A DNA stretch of 64,000 nucleotides from Parcubacteria group bacterium (GCA_943358385.1 CALRGX010000003.1:2771-66770), one strand, 5' to 3'; counted from the stretch's first letter, positions 49,942 to 61,258 are shown. Numbers and translations are program-made. The notes: generated by a model from the sequence alone, not told the origin.

Positions 49942-51960
49942 ATGAATAAGGGTTTCGCCGTGCTTTTGATGGCGCTCGTTTGTGGAGCGCCATATGTGGT
50001 ACGCGCCGCCACACCACCAGAAACACCGGTCGCGCCGACTGAAGTAAAAAATGGTTGCGCCCCTGCGGCACCCACTGGTGTTGCGCCTCCTGCAGGTACT
50101 GCACCGAAACCACGAGAAATTCAAGGGAAAAATGTCGGCGACATTATCAAGCAGCTTGATCCTTCCACACATGACACAATTACCGTGGGTGGAAATGGAA
50201 AGGTAACCGTTACGTCTCGCTGCGGCATGTTGGGGCAGCAGGGTTCGGTCACGATGTGTCTTATGACCGGCATTTGTGTGAAAGTGGTGAAAGATAAGGC
50301 CATCACTGCGAAAGTAGAAGAGTTACAGAAGGACCTGCGCTTCCAAGATATTTTGAATAGCGACAAGCCTGAACGTGCGGCGCAGGAATTAGTAAAGCAG
50401 CTGTTTGCTGTAAAGCCAGGGTTGCAGCAAGAACTATCACGTTCAGTGAGCGGTATTCTGGGGCGTGCGTTTGGCGATACAGGTATGATCGCCGGCATGG
50501 TAAAAGACGAAGTTCAGAAACCAGCGGATGAAATCATTCGCGCCTTGGCGCAAGGTGATTTCGAAGCGGTCGCAAAGTCATCCCAAGAATTGGCGGCAAA
50601 ACTGAAAAGTTCAGGGATTCTTGAGGAGCTCACCAACCCAAAACAGTGGAGTACGTTACTTGAAAAAATTAGTGGCGGGCAACTTACTCCACAAGCTCGT
50701 GAAGCATTTAAAGCGCTTGCCGGTGTTGCGTGTGATTTAACCGGGCAAGATTGCGCTCAGGTCACGGGCCTGGGAAGGGTGCCGCGACTAGGTAGCGAGC
50801 CCGTACGCGCCGGTATCGATAGAAAAATAGACCCTGTTGAATTTGCGCATCGGGTGGCCTATAAAATTTCACAGTCGCCCTTAAACGGTGTGGCGCCGAC
50901 CGCGCTTCATCGATTTGGTGTTACTACCGGATCCCCGCAAGAATGGGCGCGTTTCTTCACGATGCTCACGAATCAGGAATCGGGCTTGCGGGTGGCGACT
51001 GTTGATACTGACGGATCTCTCATTCGTTTTGCATCAACACTCGCGGGTGAGAATTCGTTTGGGCCAGGCCAGTTTACTATTGGCCAGTATGGCCTTAAAA
51101 CATGGGCTGAGGTGAATGACCCGGATAGGGTCATTGATGCGTATATTAAAGTGGCGGAGCAAGGCAACCTTTTTAGATACTTTGGATCGTTGCAACGACC
51201 CGAAGAGACGCTGAAACATGATCCGTGGTACCAGACGGCCGTTGCGCCGTATGTCGACGGTGGTGTGCCCTATGCTCGTCCAGTGACTACTGCCGCTACA
51301 ACGTTCGAGCAGGTGGTGCGAACGGCTGCCTCAGGGCAAACGCCCACGTCGCTCGGGGGTTTGGGCCAAGCCTTTTCGAGTATTTTTGGAGGTACTGGGC
51401 AAAATGGCATCGGTGGGATGCTCGGCTCGCTCCTCGGCGGCAATTCGCCACTGAGCGGCCTTATGAGCATGTTGCCGAAACTTCTAGGAGGATTGAGTGG
51501 GCTCGGTGGGTCAGGTGGGTCTAGTGGGTCATCAGGAACCTCAGGTGGGGGAACGGGCGGTGACTCATCAGGAGCAACGGGAGGGCAACCTACACCAACG
51601 GTAGGTGGCACACCGCAAACAGGCACACCACCTACACCGGGAGCAGTGGTGCCCGTAGAACAGCCAATTACGCAGGTAGCGATTCGTTTGGTGGCGAGCC
51701 CGCGAACACTACGGAAAGGAGACACCTATTCAATTATTTGGGCGGCAACCGGCGTTGATGAGGCGCGAGCGTGCAGACTTTTTGAAGAAGGGCAGAATCG
51801 TTCGCAGATTGCTATTGGAAATACTGATTCGCTCGTGCGCCAAGTGCCCGCCGTAACTTCTCTGCGCGAGCTCGTTTTCTCTCTCGAGTGCACGCCTAAA
51901 GACACTCGCGCAGATAGTACAAAGGCAAAGGCGACCGTGCGTATTACAATTGGCTCATGA
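49942..51960 (+). CDS. Large secreted protein with a putative lysozyme-like domain, Gly-rich linker and C-terminal beta domain
   Basis: Signal peptide; NQESG...SFGPGQF; GGSSG and PT-rich linker. Confidence 0.6.
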   Translation: MNKGFAVLLMALVCGAPYVVRAATPPETPVAPTEVKNGCAPAAPTGVAPPAGTAPKPREIQGKNVGDIIKQLDPSTHDTITVGGNGKVTVTSRCGMLGQQGSVTMCLMTGICVKVVKDKAITAKVEELQKDLRFQDILNSDKPERAAQELVKQLFAVKPGLQQELSRSVSGILGRAFGDTGMIAGMVKDEVQKPADEIIRALAQGDFEAVAKSSQELAAKLKSSGILEELTNPKQWSTLLEKISGGQLTPQAREAFKALAGVACDLTGQDCAQVTGLGRVPRLGSEPVRAGIDRKIDPVEFAHRVAYKISQSPLNGVAPTALHRFGVTTGSPQEWARFFTMLTNQESGLRVATVDTDGSLIRFASTLAGENSFGPGQFTIGQYGLKTWAEVNDPDRVIDAYIKVAEQGNLFRYFGSLQRPEETLKHDPWYQTAVAPYVDGGVPYARPVTTAATTFEQVVRTAASGQTPTSLGGLGQAFSSIFGGTGQNGIGGMLGSLLGGNSPLSGLMSMLPKLLGGLSGLGGSGGSSGSSGTSGGGTGGDSSGATGGQPTPTVGGTPQTGTPPTPGAVVPVEQPITQVAIRLVASPRTLRKGDTYSIIWAATGVDEARACRLFEEGQNRSQIAIGNTDSLVRQVPAVTSLRELVFSLECTPKDTRADSTKAKATVRITIGS

Positions 51961-52256
51961 TATTCATCCGCGTGGTAGAACAGTTTTCGTGCGAGCGCTG
52001 TGCCACGTTGGTGCAAGGTAATGGGTACACCAATCACTGTCCGAAATGTTTGTGGAGCAAGCATGTAGATACGAACCCAGGCGACCGCGCGGCACTCTGT
52101 GGTGGCATGATGCAGCCCGAGCTTTTAGAAAGAGGTGGTGACGTATGGATTCTGACGCACAAATGTGTGGCATGCGGCCATCGCAAACGTAACCGACTCT
52201 CACCACATGATGATTTTGATGCAGCGCTCGAGGCTGTCGCTCCCAAAAAAGAATAG
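51957..52256 (+). CDS. RNHCP domain zinc-binding protein
   Basis: F.CERC, TNHCPKCLWSKHVD..PGDR, HKCVACG. Confidence 0.88.
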   Translation: MIFIRVVEQFSCERCATLVQGNGYTNHCPKCLWSKHVDTNPGDRAALCGGMMQPELLERGGDVWILTHKCVACGHRKRNRLSPHDDFDAALEAVAPKKE

Positions 52257-52514
52257 ACGGGACGGGTACACGAAAAGTAGTGGCCGCAGCACGGAGTGCT
52301 GCGGCCAAGGATCAGTGGAGAAGCGGAGCGCGACGCCATGGAACAGGTCACCGTCCTCCTTGATGCGCATTTCGGTTCATGCTGGTAGCTCACTATTCCA
52401 CGTAGTGAGCAGGCAGAACGTTATAGCGCATCGTCGCGGATATCCAACGCGGCATATTGCCCACCTGTCACAAACTGCTGGCGTGATTTAATCACGCACC
52501 ATGTAATGGCGCAA

Positions 52515-55500
52515 CTAGTTGCGGATGACCCCTTTCGGGAGCTTTTTTCCAGGCCAGCGGTACACCAGAAGAGGGATGAATACCAAGGTGAGAATCATCG
52601 CAAAGGTAAGGCCGAAGAGAATCGCGTACGCGAGCGGACTCCAGAGGCCTGATGCGTGCGTGAGTGGAATCATACCCAAAACGGTGGTGATGGTCGTGAG
52701 GAAGATAGGGCGCAGGCGCGTGGTCGCTGCCTCGATGACGATGTCGAGAAAGAGTCGGCCTTCACCTGCATGCAGGCGCGTGATGATGCTATCCATCAGA
52801 ATGATTGCATGGTTGATGATCACGCCCGCTAGCGCAATAACACCCAAGAGTGATGGGAAGGAGAGTGCCTGGCCCATGAGTGCGAGCCCGGCAAACACGC
52901 CGATAAGAGAAAGTGGTACGGTGAGTAAGAGGTACGTCGTGAAGCGATATGAATCAAATGCCAAGACCAGAATAACGAACATCAGTGCGAGCCCGGCGAG
53001 AAGGGCATACCCCATTTCAGCGAAGGATTGATTTGTCTCTTCGTTTTCGCCACCTATTTGCATAGTGACGCCTTTCGGAAGCTCTACCTCCTTCATGCGT
53101 TCGTTAAAGCTTGCCAAAACCTGAGCTGAGGTGAAATTGGGTGCGAGTGAACTGGTGAGGGTGAGGAGACGCTCGCGGTCTTCATGCACAATGGTTGCGT
53201 TACTCTTGCGCAAACCTTCGCGCATGAGAGAGCCCAGCAAGACCGTGTTTCCGGTGGGTGAGGTGATGGTGATCTGGCGCAGCGCATCAATCGAGACGGC
53301 ATTTGCGTCGTGAGGGTCCACAAAAGAAGGGTTAAGGTTCATAGAGACGATCACATCGACGTCTTTGTCTCCGCCGGTGAGTTTTGTAGCGGTAGTGCCG
53401 GATACTGCCGTGCGCAAGGTGGAAGCCACTGCGGCAGGAGTCAGACCGGCTGCAGCCAATTTTGCACGATCGATGTCGAGTACGTACTCAATGCCGTTAT
53501 TTTTGCTTGAAGTATCTACCGACGTGGCGCCTTCTGTTTGCGCCAATACATCGCGGCCAATTGAAACAGCGCTATCAAGTGCGTCGCGGTCTTTGCCGGT
53601 GAATTTTATGAGAATTTCTGCGCCAACGGGCGGCCCACCTGTTGGTTGGCCGGCACGGATTTCTGCGCGCGCCGTGAGTGGTGTGGTGGCACTGCGGATC
53701 TCTTGAAGGACTTCGCTGGAGGTGAAATCACGCTCGCTAGGAAGATTTATCGTGACGTTAGCATAGCGTGAATCACGCTGGGGGTTGTTGCTGAATTGGC
53801 TTGTGGCACCCACGGTCGTGACAAATGACTCGATGCGACTGATTGGGTAGAGCGATTCTTCGACGGCGCGTGCCATGAGGTCGGTCTGAGCAAGAGGTGT
53901 CCCTTGCGGCATTTCAATATCGATGTACACAAAATCAATGTCTTCCTGTGGGAAAAAATCTACAGGAATGGCACCAATGATAGGGAGCGAAAGTGCCACA
54001 AAGAAGCCCACAATAATGGTCACCAAGAAACGGTTCTGATCACCCCGCGAGGTAAGGAAGCGGCGCAGCATAGTTGCGTATGCCTCTTTCGCACGCTCGG
54101 CCCATTCGTCCTGCAATTTAGCAAAGCGTGACGGCTCTGCGGCGCTGGTGAGCATCAAGGTAAGGGTCGGGACCATGCCGAGTGCTACCACAATGGATGC
54201 CAAAAGGACGAAGATGATGGTGAAAGGAATGGTTGCAATAAATTTGCCCACGATTCCCGATATGAAGAAAAGAGGCACGAACACGGCGACGGTGGTCATG
54301 GTTCCGCCAATCAAAGGCCACGCATACTCACGGATGGCTTCTACTGCCGCCGCGTCTTTGCCGTGTGTTTTGATACGCGTATGAATTGCTTCCACTACCA
54401 CAATGCCCGAGTCCACCAAAATACCAATGGCGAGAATGAGTGAGAAAAGGGAGACGAAGTTGATGGTGTTCCCTGAGTACAGAAGGCCAATGAAGGCAAT
54501 GAGGAAAGAGAGCGGAATGGAAAGTCCAGCAACAATTGATTCACGCCAGCCAATCGTGAGAAAGAGTGAAATCATCACCAGAGCGACGGTTTCAAGGCCG
54601 GTGCGTATCAATTGGGTCAAATCTCGCTGTACTTCCTTTCCTGCGTCTTGGACAATCACCACCTCACTCCCCGCAAGCAGTGTCGTTTCCATGACGGTGA
54701 GTTTTTCTCGCACCTGTGCGGTTGTGAGGGTCACGTCTTGGCCGCGCACTTTATATACAGAAAGAGTGAATGCCTGGCGTGAAGGTTCACCCGAGAGAGA
54801 CACGCGAGTGAACGAATTGGCATCCACCACTCCATCAGAGACGGTTGCGATGTCTCGCAAATAAATAGGCTGGCCACCAACGGAGAGGATGGGAAGGGTC
54901 TCGAAGTTTTCCACGCGATCGAGCCCACCATCAAATGCCACATTGTAGGACACATCATTAGTGATGATAGAACCAACGGGAAGCGTGGCATTTGAGGCTG
55001 CCAGAGCACCCACTACCTGCTGCAAAGTAAGACCGTAGCGTTCGAGTTCTTCTTTCTTTACCACTACCTGCACTTCGCGGTCACGCACGCCGGAAACTTC
55101 TACACGCGATACACCACGCACACTCTGGAGCTCGCTTTTAACCTGCTCGCTTAAATCAGCGAGTGATGCAAAAGGCGCATCAGCAGAGACAGTGATGATT
55201 TGTACAGGCTGATCGACAAAGTTCACGTCGGTGACGCTCGGGTCCGTGGCGTCTTCTGGAAGGTCGCCTTTTGCTTTGTCGACCTCGTCTTTTAGCTTCT
55301 GGATTGATTTGTCTAGGTCAGCGGATGCGTTGAACTCTGCGGTGATGACGGAAACACTCTCGCGAGAGGTTGAGGTGAGCTTATTCAAATCAGCGAGATT
55401 CGCCAATTTTTCTTCCAGTTTGTTGGTGACCAATCGTTCCACTTCTTCAGGTGAAGCACCCGGAAGCACCGTACTTACGATACCTACTGGAATCTGCACT

Positions 55501-55619
55501 TCAGGCGCCGACTCTTTGGTAATGGAGACCACCGCAATGGTGCCCCACAAAACCAGCCCTGCCATGAGGAGCAAGGTAAATTGGCGCTTATGGAGAAAGA
55601 AGGTCCAAAGTGAATGCAT
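52515..55619 (-). CDS. RND efflux permease (AcrB/AcrD/AcrF family)
   Basis: GILVDSGIVVVE, GVIINHAIILMD, RLRPIFLT; 1034 aa. Confidence 0.93.
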   Translation of the reverse strand: MHSLWTFFLHKRQFTLLLMAGLVLWGTIAVVSITKESAPEVQIPVGIVSTVLPGASPEEVERLVTNKLEEKLANLADLNKLTSTSRESVSVITAEFNASADLDKSIQKLKDEVDKAKGDLPEDATDPSVTDVNFVDQPVQIITVSADAPFASLADLSEQVKSELQSVRGVSRVEVSGVRDREVQVVVKKEELERYGLTLQQVVGALAASNATLPVGSIITNDVSYNVAFDGGLDRVENFETLPILSVGGQPIYLRDIATVSDGVVDANSFTRVSLSGEPSRQAFTLSVYKVRGQDVTLTTAQVREKLTVMETTLLAGSEVVIVQDAGKEVQRDLTQLIRTGLETVALVMISLFLTIGWRESIVAGLSIPLSFLIAFIGLLYSGNTINFVSLFSLILAIGILVDSGIVVVEAIHTRIKTHGKDAAAVEAIREYAWPLIGGTMTTVAVFVPLFFISGIVGKFIATIPFTIIFVLLASIVVALGMVPTLTLMLTSAAEPSRFAKLQDEWAERAKEAYATMLRRFLTSRGDQNRFLVTIIVGFFVALSLPIIGAIPVDFFPQEDIDFVYIDIEMPQGTPLAQTDLMARAVEESLYPISRIESFVTTVGATSQFSNNPQRDSRYANVTINLPSERDFTSSEVLQEIRSATTPLTARAEIRAGQPTGGPPVGAEILIKFTGKDRDALDSAVSIGRDVLAQTEGATSVDTSSKNNGIEYVLDIDRAKLAAAGLTPAAVASTLRTAVSGTTATKLTGGDKDVDVIVSMNLNPSFVDPHDANAVSIDALRQITITSPTGNTVLLGSLMREGLRKSNATIVHEDRERLLTLTSSLAPNFTSAQVLASFNERMKEVELPKGVTMQIGGENEETNQSFAEMGYALLAGLALMFVILVLAFDSYRFTTYLLLTVPLSLIGVFAGLALMGQALSFPSLLGVIALAGVIINHAIILMDSIITRLHAGEGRLFLDIVIEAATTRLRPIFLTTITTVLGMIPLTHASGLWSPLAYAILFGLTFAMILTLVFIPLLVYRWPGKKLPKGVIRN

Positions 55620-55642
55620 ACGGGTCGATGTATTGGTAACAG

Positions 55643-57298
55643 CTATTCAACCGTGACGATTTGATTGGGGCGCAAGCCGCGCACGTCGGTAACGATGTAG
55701 GTATCCAGAGTGAGCCCGTCGCGGATTTCAACACGATCACCCAAAAGCGTACCAATGGTTACTTTTTGCTCGATCAGTTTGTTATCCTCCACGGTGAAAA
55801 TTGATTCTCCGTCCGCGGTGATGCGCAAGGCGGTAATCGGGATGGTGATGCGTTGGGCAATCTTCGTCGCAGCAGGCTTTTCCGTGAAGGTGAGAATCGC
55901 CGCAGAACCATTCACGAGTGCTGCTGCGCCTTTGGTGACGGCAACACGCACTTCAACTTTTTTGGTGAGCGGATCAACACCGGCACCCATGCGAGTGATG
56001 ACGCCTTCCGCACCGCCTTCGATAGACACTTTGCCGCCCACGCGCAAAAGTCGTGCGTCAGAGTCAGTTACAAAGGTGCTGATTTCAAGTGTGCCGTTAT
56101 TTGCAATAGTTGCAGCGGGGGAGAATGCCTGCACAAAATCGCCCTTGGTGAGTGAGAACGCGTTAATGGTACCGGAAATGGGTGCACGAATGATTGATTT
56201 TTCGTATGCAGCGCTTGCTTGTGCGAGTGCACCTTGAGCCTGCTTTACTGCAGCTTGTGCAGAGGCAATGTCATTCTTGTCTCCACCCGTAACACCTTGG
56301 CTCAGCGTTTGTTCGGCAATGGTGAGTGCATTTTGGCGCGTAGCGATGGCTTCGCGGGCAGCGTTCAATCCAGAAAGTGAAGACACGATACCGGCACGAG
56401 CTCCGGATGCACTTGCTTGATATGCAGCTATTGCTGCGGAAGATACATTAGTGGTTGGCAATGCTGAGTTTAGCGCAGTGATGATTTTATCGAAGAACGT
56501 GAGGAGCGTGCGCAGCTCGGCCTCGGTCGTGGTGAGCTCTGTTGCCAAATCTGATCGGCTGGTGAGTGTTTTTCCTGCGGTAGTCTGGCGGGTGAGGGTG
56601 GCGTTCAGGCCAATGCGTGCATTTTCAATGTCGAGCTCGATTTGTGATTGCGACGTGGGTACAGAAAATTGCGGGACGGCACTCGAAGGATTTGAAATCA
56701 TGCTGTCAGCGGTGACGCGGATAGCATTTTCCACTGAAGCATATGTAGCCAGAAGAGTGTTCACTGTACTTTCGCGGGTGCTTTCAAGAGCTGCGGTGGC
56801 AGAATCTTTGCTCGCGCCAAGGATGGTCTTTTGTTCATCGCGAGAACCGCCCGTGACACGGCGCAGATTCGCCTGGGCTGCATCAAGAGCGCCTTGCGCA
56901 GAGAGAAGAGAGGCACGCTCCGAAGCACTGTCTATTTCGGCGATGATGCTCCCGGCGCTGATTCGGTCACCAAGCTTACGCATTACGCGGGTCACTTTGC
57001 CACCTTTTTCTGCGAGGACGGTAGCCTGTGCTTCCGAAGTGATGGTGCCCACGGTAGTGAGCGACGTACCGGAAGAGGAAAGAATACCGACGTTTTCAAG
57101 TGTCACTTTTCGGTCCAATGCCTCGGTTACTACTTGCTCTGTGCCAGAAAAAAGGAGACGACCAGCGATGGATCCCCCAATAATGACGAGAGTGAGAATG
57201 GTTGCTGCCCACACTTTATGAGCAAGGGCGAACGTTTTAACGGAAGTATAAACTCGCTGTGCGAGGTTGAAAACAAAGGCTTTTATAGATGACAACAT
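55643..57298 (-). CDS. RND membrane-fusion (HlyD-family) adaptor with a long helical hairpin
   Basis: N-terminal transmembrane helix, lipoyl half-motifs (GGKV..V...GD, IRAPISG), IPITAL; upstream of the RND permease. Confidence 0.87.
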   Translation of the reverse strand: MLSSIKAFVFNLAQRVYTSVKTFALAHKVWAATILTLVIIGGSIAGRLLFSGTEQVVTEALDRKVTLENVGILSSSGTSLTTVGTITSEAQATVLAEKGGKVTRVMRKLGDRISAGSIIAEIDSASERASLLSAQGALDAAQANLRRVTGGSRDEQKTILGASKDSATAALESTRESTVNTLLATYASVENAIRVTADSMISNPSSAVPQFSVPTSQSQIELDIENARIGLNATLTRQTTAGKTLTSRSDLATELTTTEAELRTLLTFFDKIITALNSALPTTNVSSAAIAAYQASASGARAGIVSSLSGLNAAREAIATRQNALTIAEQTLSQGVTGGDKNDIASAQAAVKQAQGALAQASAAYEKSIIRAPISGTINAFSLTKGDFVQAFSPAATIANNGTLEISTFVTDSDARLLRVGGKVSIEGGAEGVITRMGAGVDPLTKKVEVRVAVTKGAAALVNGSAAILTFTEKPAATKIAQRITIPITALRITADGESIFTVEDNKLIEQKVTIGTLLGDRVEIRDGLTLDTYIVTDVRGLRPNQIVTVE

Positions 57299-57586
57299 AG
57301 GTGAATAGTAACACAGATTTGTCAAATTAGCAAGGAACAGGTGATAGGTGGAAGGAGTTAGGTGTTAGAAGGTGCACGCGCAGGAAATGCAACAAAATGT
57401 GTCTCACCGCAGGTGATTTCCGCTAGCTTCCTTTACAGAATTAGCGGGTAGCCTAGGTATATGTGGCGCTCGCTGTAAAACCGTTTTTTATGAGATGCTG
57501 ATTGCACGCTAGGCCCCGTGACCTTGTGGTACACTGCGACAACTACTCCTCTTGGTACGCTCGCCACAGCAGCAGTTACACCGTGT

Positions 57587-58696
57587 ATGCATCCGCTTTA
57601 TGTCTGGACCCTGTCTTTAACTGCCATATTGATTATGGCCATTGTTGGTATATGTACCTGGCCAAGTACTGTTCTGTATACCAGTGACTATGCGGGGAAG
57701 AGCGCGGTGACCATACTCAAGGCACCAGAACTGGACAAACGTGTGTACGACCAAAAAATGTTGGCGCTTGCACAGGTGTCTACAACAACGATTGCTGCAC
57801 TCACGTATGCAACAACATCAGGCAACACCACTCTTTCTAGTTATACTCCTGAGTCTCTTGCTTCAAGCACGATTGGCCGGTGGCCAACTCGTGTAGCCTA
57901 CCCAAAACACGGAGCGATCTTGCCTGATAGGCGCATCATCGCCTACTACGGCAACTTCTACTCGAAAGGCATGGGTGTACTAGGGCAGTACGACGAGGCT
58001 GAAGTGCTGCGCAAGTTGCGCGAAGAAGTGGCTGCATGGAATAACGCTGATCCATCTACACCTGTGCTTCCCGCGATTGATTACATAGCCACAACTGCCC
58101 AAGAAAGTCCTGGCAAAGAAGGGCTCTATACACTCCGCATGCCCGACTCACAGATTGACCACGCACTTGAGTTGGCCGCAAAAGTTGACGGCATTGTGAT
58201 CTTGGAGTTACAGATAGGGCTCAGTGACCTGAAGAGAGAGCTACTCCTTTTAGAAAAATATTTAAAAATGCCTCAGGTGCACTTGGCACTCGATCCTGAA
58301 TTTGCAATGCATGGGAATAGTGCGCCAGGCACGGTGGTAGGTTCTTTTGATGCGGCAGAAATTAACTATGCTTCAAAATACTTGGCAGGACTCGTCGATA
58401 CCTATCGACTGCCACCAAAAGTGCTCATTGTGCATCGCTTTACGGAAGACATGGTGACCAACTATAAAAAAATCACTCCATTACCGCAAGTGCAGATTGT
58501 CATGGACATGGATGGCTGGGGTGAGCCAGCAAAAAAGAAGAATACGTATAACAGAGTTATTGCGCCGCAACCAGTACAATTCACCGGGTTTAAGCTGTTC
58601 TATAAAAATGATTTGAAACCTCCGTCAACACGACTTCTTACGCCTGCAGAGGTTTTAGAGTTAACGCCGGCACCCTCGTTTATTCAGTATCAGTAG
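57587..58696 (+). CDS. Hypothetical secreted protein of a conserved-looking family
   Basis: N-terminal transmembrane helix; IAYYG, HLALDPEF, IVHRF, DMDGWG, GFKLFY. Confidence 0.7.
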   Translation: MHPLYVWTLSLTAILIMAIVGICTWPSTVLYTSDYAGKSAVTILKAPELDKRVYDQKMLALAQVSTTTIAALTYATTSGNTTLSSYTPESLASSTIGRWPTRVAYPKHGAILPDRRIIAYYGNFYSKGMGVLGQYDEAEVLRKLREEVAAWNNADPSTPVLPAIDYIATTAQESPGKEGLYTLRMPDSQIDHALELAAKVDGIVILELQIGLSDLKRELLLLEKYLKMPQVHLALDPEFAMHGNSAPGTVVGSFDAAEINYASKYLAGLVDTYRLPPKVLIVHRFTEDMVTNYKKITPLPQVQIVMDMDGWGEPAKKKNTYNRVIAPQPVQFTGFKLFYKNDLKPPSTRLLTPAEVLELTPAPSFIQYQ

Positions 58697-58792
58697 ACTG
58701 TTTTCCTCCGGCATGTAGCTCCTCAGGTTTCAAGCCGATTGATGTCGGGAGGGGGTAGATGCAGGCAGCACGCGGTTTGTTATACTCTCGCG

Positions 58793-59020
58793 ATGCTTAA
58801 ACAATTTTTGATGAAGAAGCTGATTGCACGCCAGCTTGCGTCGCTGCCTGCAGATCAGCGCAAAATGATAGAAGACTTGGTGGAAAAGAATCCTGATCTC
58901 TTCATGCAGTTGGCACAGGAGGTGCAGGCAGAAATGGCAGCCGGGAAATCTCAGCAAGACGCTATGATGGCCGTTGCTATGAAAAATAAAGAGACGTTGG
59001 GGAAGTTGATGGGGAAGTAG
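58793..59020 (+). CDS. Small helical hypothetical protein
   Basis: TATACT-N6-ATG start; NPDLF motif. Confidence 0.65.
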   Translation: MLKQFLMKKLIARQLASLPADQRKMIEDLVEKNPDLFMQLAQEVQAEMAAGKSQQDAMMAVAMKNKETLGKLMGK

Positions 59021-59082
59021 GCTTCCGTTTTATACCCACAGCGCGGATTTCTGTCGCCTATAGCTCAGGTATACTTTGCCCC

Positions 59083-59664
59083 ATGGAATCCAAAAAGGTC
59101 TTCGTGCTCTTGGGGCATCCCGACAAAGACACCTACACTGGCGCACTCGCTGATGCCTACGAGCGTGCTGCCAAAGAATCAGGGCACGAGGTCCGGCGCA
59201 TGAATATAGAAGAAATGGCGTTCGATCCTATCCTGCACAAGGGATACAAAGCCATCCAAGAGCTAGAGCCAGTACTCAAAGAAATGCAAGAAAACATCCG
59301 CTGGGCGGATCACTTTATGGTGATCTATCCCAATTGGTGGTGCACTATGCCGGCAAAACTAAAAGGCATGTTTGATCGTGCCTGGCTTCCTGGGTTTGCA
59401 TTCAACTTCGACAAGCCGACCGGCAAGTTGATTAAGCGACTCTCTGGAAAAACGGCGCGCGTGATGGTGATTGCTGGATCGCACAGTCCTTTCATGACGT
59501 GGTGGAAGTTTGGTGACTTCACGAATGAAATCTCGCGCGGCATTCTTGGATTCGCAGGTATGGACGTTTCCGTCTCTACCTTTGGGCCATGCGATCACTG
59601 CACCGTGGGTGAGCGCGAGACGTGGCAGAAGCAGGTAGAAGCTTTGGGTCGCGCCGCGCAGTAG
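59083..59664 (+). CDS. NAD(P)H dehydrogenase (quinone), flavodoxin-like fold
   Basis: LGHP, YPNWW..MPAKLKGMFDR..PGFAF. Confidence 0.9.
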   Translation: MESKKVFVLLGHPDKDTYTGALADAYERAAKESGHEVRRMNIEEMAFDPILHKGYKAIQELEPVLKEMQENIRWADHFMVIYPNWWCTMPAKLKGMFDRAWLPGFAFNFDKPTGKLIKRLSGKTARVMVIAGSHSPFMTWWKFGDFTNEISRGILGFAGMDVSVSTFGPCDHCTVGERETWQKQVEALGRAAQ

Positions 59665-59725
59665 GAAAGAATATGTACACAGTGAGGGCCGCACCACGAA
59701 GTGGTGCGGCTCTGGATGTTGGCCA

Positions 59726-60025
59726 TTATGTACTTTCGAGCTCGGCGCGAAACCGCATTGCACGACTGAGGATGCCGAACATTGCAGCTCCATGCAACGC
59801 AAAGATATGCAGAGAGTGCGTGGGTGAGTAATGCGGCCGCAGTATTGCCGTGATGGCGAGCAGCGCGACCATTATTTGCAAAATGCGAGTACTCGTCTCT
59901 AATGGACATATTTTGAGTATGCGGTAGCTAATCTGCGAGATGAGTATGAACGCAAAGAATGACATTGGAATGGCATATAGGAGCCTCGCAATATCTATTC
60001 CTGGTGCGATGGAATCAGCGGGCAT
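59726..60025 (-). CDS. Hypothetical membrane protein
   Basis: GAGG SD; three hydrophobic segments. Confidence 0.5.
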   Translation of the reverse strand: MPADSIAPGIDIARLLYAIPMSFFAFILISQISYRILKICPLETSTRILQIMVALLAITAILRPHYSPTHSLHIFALHGAAMFGILSRAMRFRAELEST

Positions 60026-60154
60026 GGTTGTCCTCACGGTTGCATTAGTCTTGCGCTAGCATGCCCGACATGCGGGAGTACTGTCAAACATCATGCATTA
60101 CTGGTGGTCCGAGCATATTGCTGCTTGATACTTTGTGTGTCAGAATATCGCGAC

Positions 60155-61258
60155 ATGTCACTTTCTATTGGAATTGTGGGTCTGCCAAACGTCGGTAAAT
60201 CGACGCTTTTTAATGCGCTCACCAAAAAGAGTGTGCCCGCAGAGAATTACCCTTTCTGCACTATCGATCCATCAGTAGGTATCGTGCCGGTTCCTGACCC
60301 GCGCTTGCAAGCACTCTCGACGATGAGTAAGACGCAGAAAATTGTTCCTGCAGTGGTTGAATTTGTAGATATTGCCGGCTTAGTGAAGGGGGCCTCTGAA
60401 GGTGAGGGTCTAGGGAATCAGTTTCTTTCAAACATCCGGGAAGTTGATGCTATTGCTGAGGTGGTGCGCATGTTTGATGACGAAGATATTACTCATGTGC
60501 ATGGTGACGTAGACCCGCTCCACGATATCGAAGTCATTAATCTCGAGCTCATCCTTGCTGATTTTCAGGTGGTCTCAAAGCGGCTTGACCGCGTCAGTCG
60601 AGAAGCGCGCTCTGGCGACAAAGATGCTATTGCAGAAGAGGAGGTCCTGAAGATGCTGAATGAAGTACTTGAGAAAGGGAAACTGGCGAGCACTGTTCAT
60701 TTTGAAGCGCGCCAAGAACCAATCGTAAAGGCATTACAACTGTTGACTACGAAGCCATTTCTCTATGTCCTCAACCGTAAGAGTGGGGTAGTGAACGTTG
60801 ATGCAGAAAATGCAGAGCGTTGGAGAGTGTTGCAACAATTTTTTAAAGACACCGGTGCCCATTACGTGTTTGTGGATGCGGCAACCGAAAGGGAATTGAA
60901 TGATGTGCACGACGACGAGCGCGACCAATTTCGCCGCGAAATGGGTATTGCGGAAAGCGGCATTGACGCCCTTATTCGTGCCGGCTACGAAACACTCGAT
61001 TTGATTTCATACTTCACCACTGGTGAGAAGGAGACGCGTGCATGGACCGTAAAGCGTGGATCGACTGCGCCCCAGGCAGCAGGTGCGATTCATACTGATT
61101 TTGAGGCAAAATTTATTCGCGCGGAAGTGATTCAGTGGTCTGACTTGGTGCAGGCTGGCTCATTTGCCGCTGCGCGTGAGAAAGGACTGGTACGCACGGA
61201 AGGCAAAGAGTATATATTTCAAGATGGTGACGTCACGGAATTTCGACACGGCGCGTAG
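60155..61258 (+). CDS. ychF: Ribosome-binding ATPase YchF
   Basis: [35 protein letters not shown]. Confidence 0.97.
   Translation: MSLSIGIVGLPNVGKSTLFNALTKKSVPAENYPFCTIDPSVGIVPVPDPRLQALSTMSKTQKIVPAVVEFVDIAGLVKGASEGEGLGNQFLSNIREVDAIAEVVRMFDDEDITHVHGDVDPLHDIEVINLELILADFQVVSKRLDRVSREARSGDKDAIAEEEVLKMLNEVLEKGKLASTVHFEARQEPIVKALQLLTTKPFLYVLNRKSGVVNVDAENAERWRVLQQFFKDTGAHYVFVDAATERELNDVHDDERDQFRREMGIAESGIDALIRAGYETLDLISYFTTGEKETRAWTVKRGSTAPQAAGAIHTDFEAKFIRAEVIQWSDLVQAGSFAAAREKGLVRTEGKEYIFQDGDVTEFRHGA

Noticed and set aside
52257-52514. Small gene or ncRNA between the RNHCP gene and the RND permease
   Set aside because: Only a terminator-like hairpin (52281-52307) and very short ORFs; not enough support.
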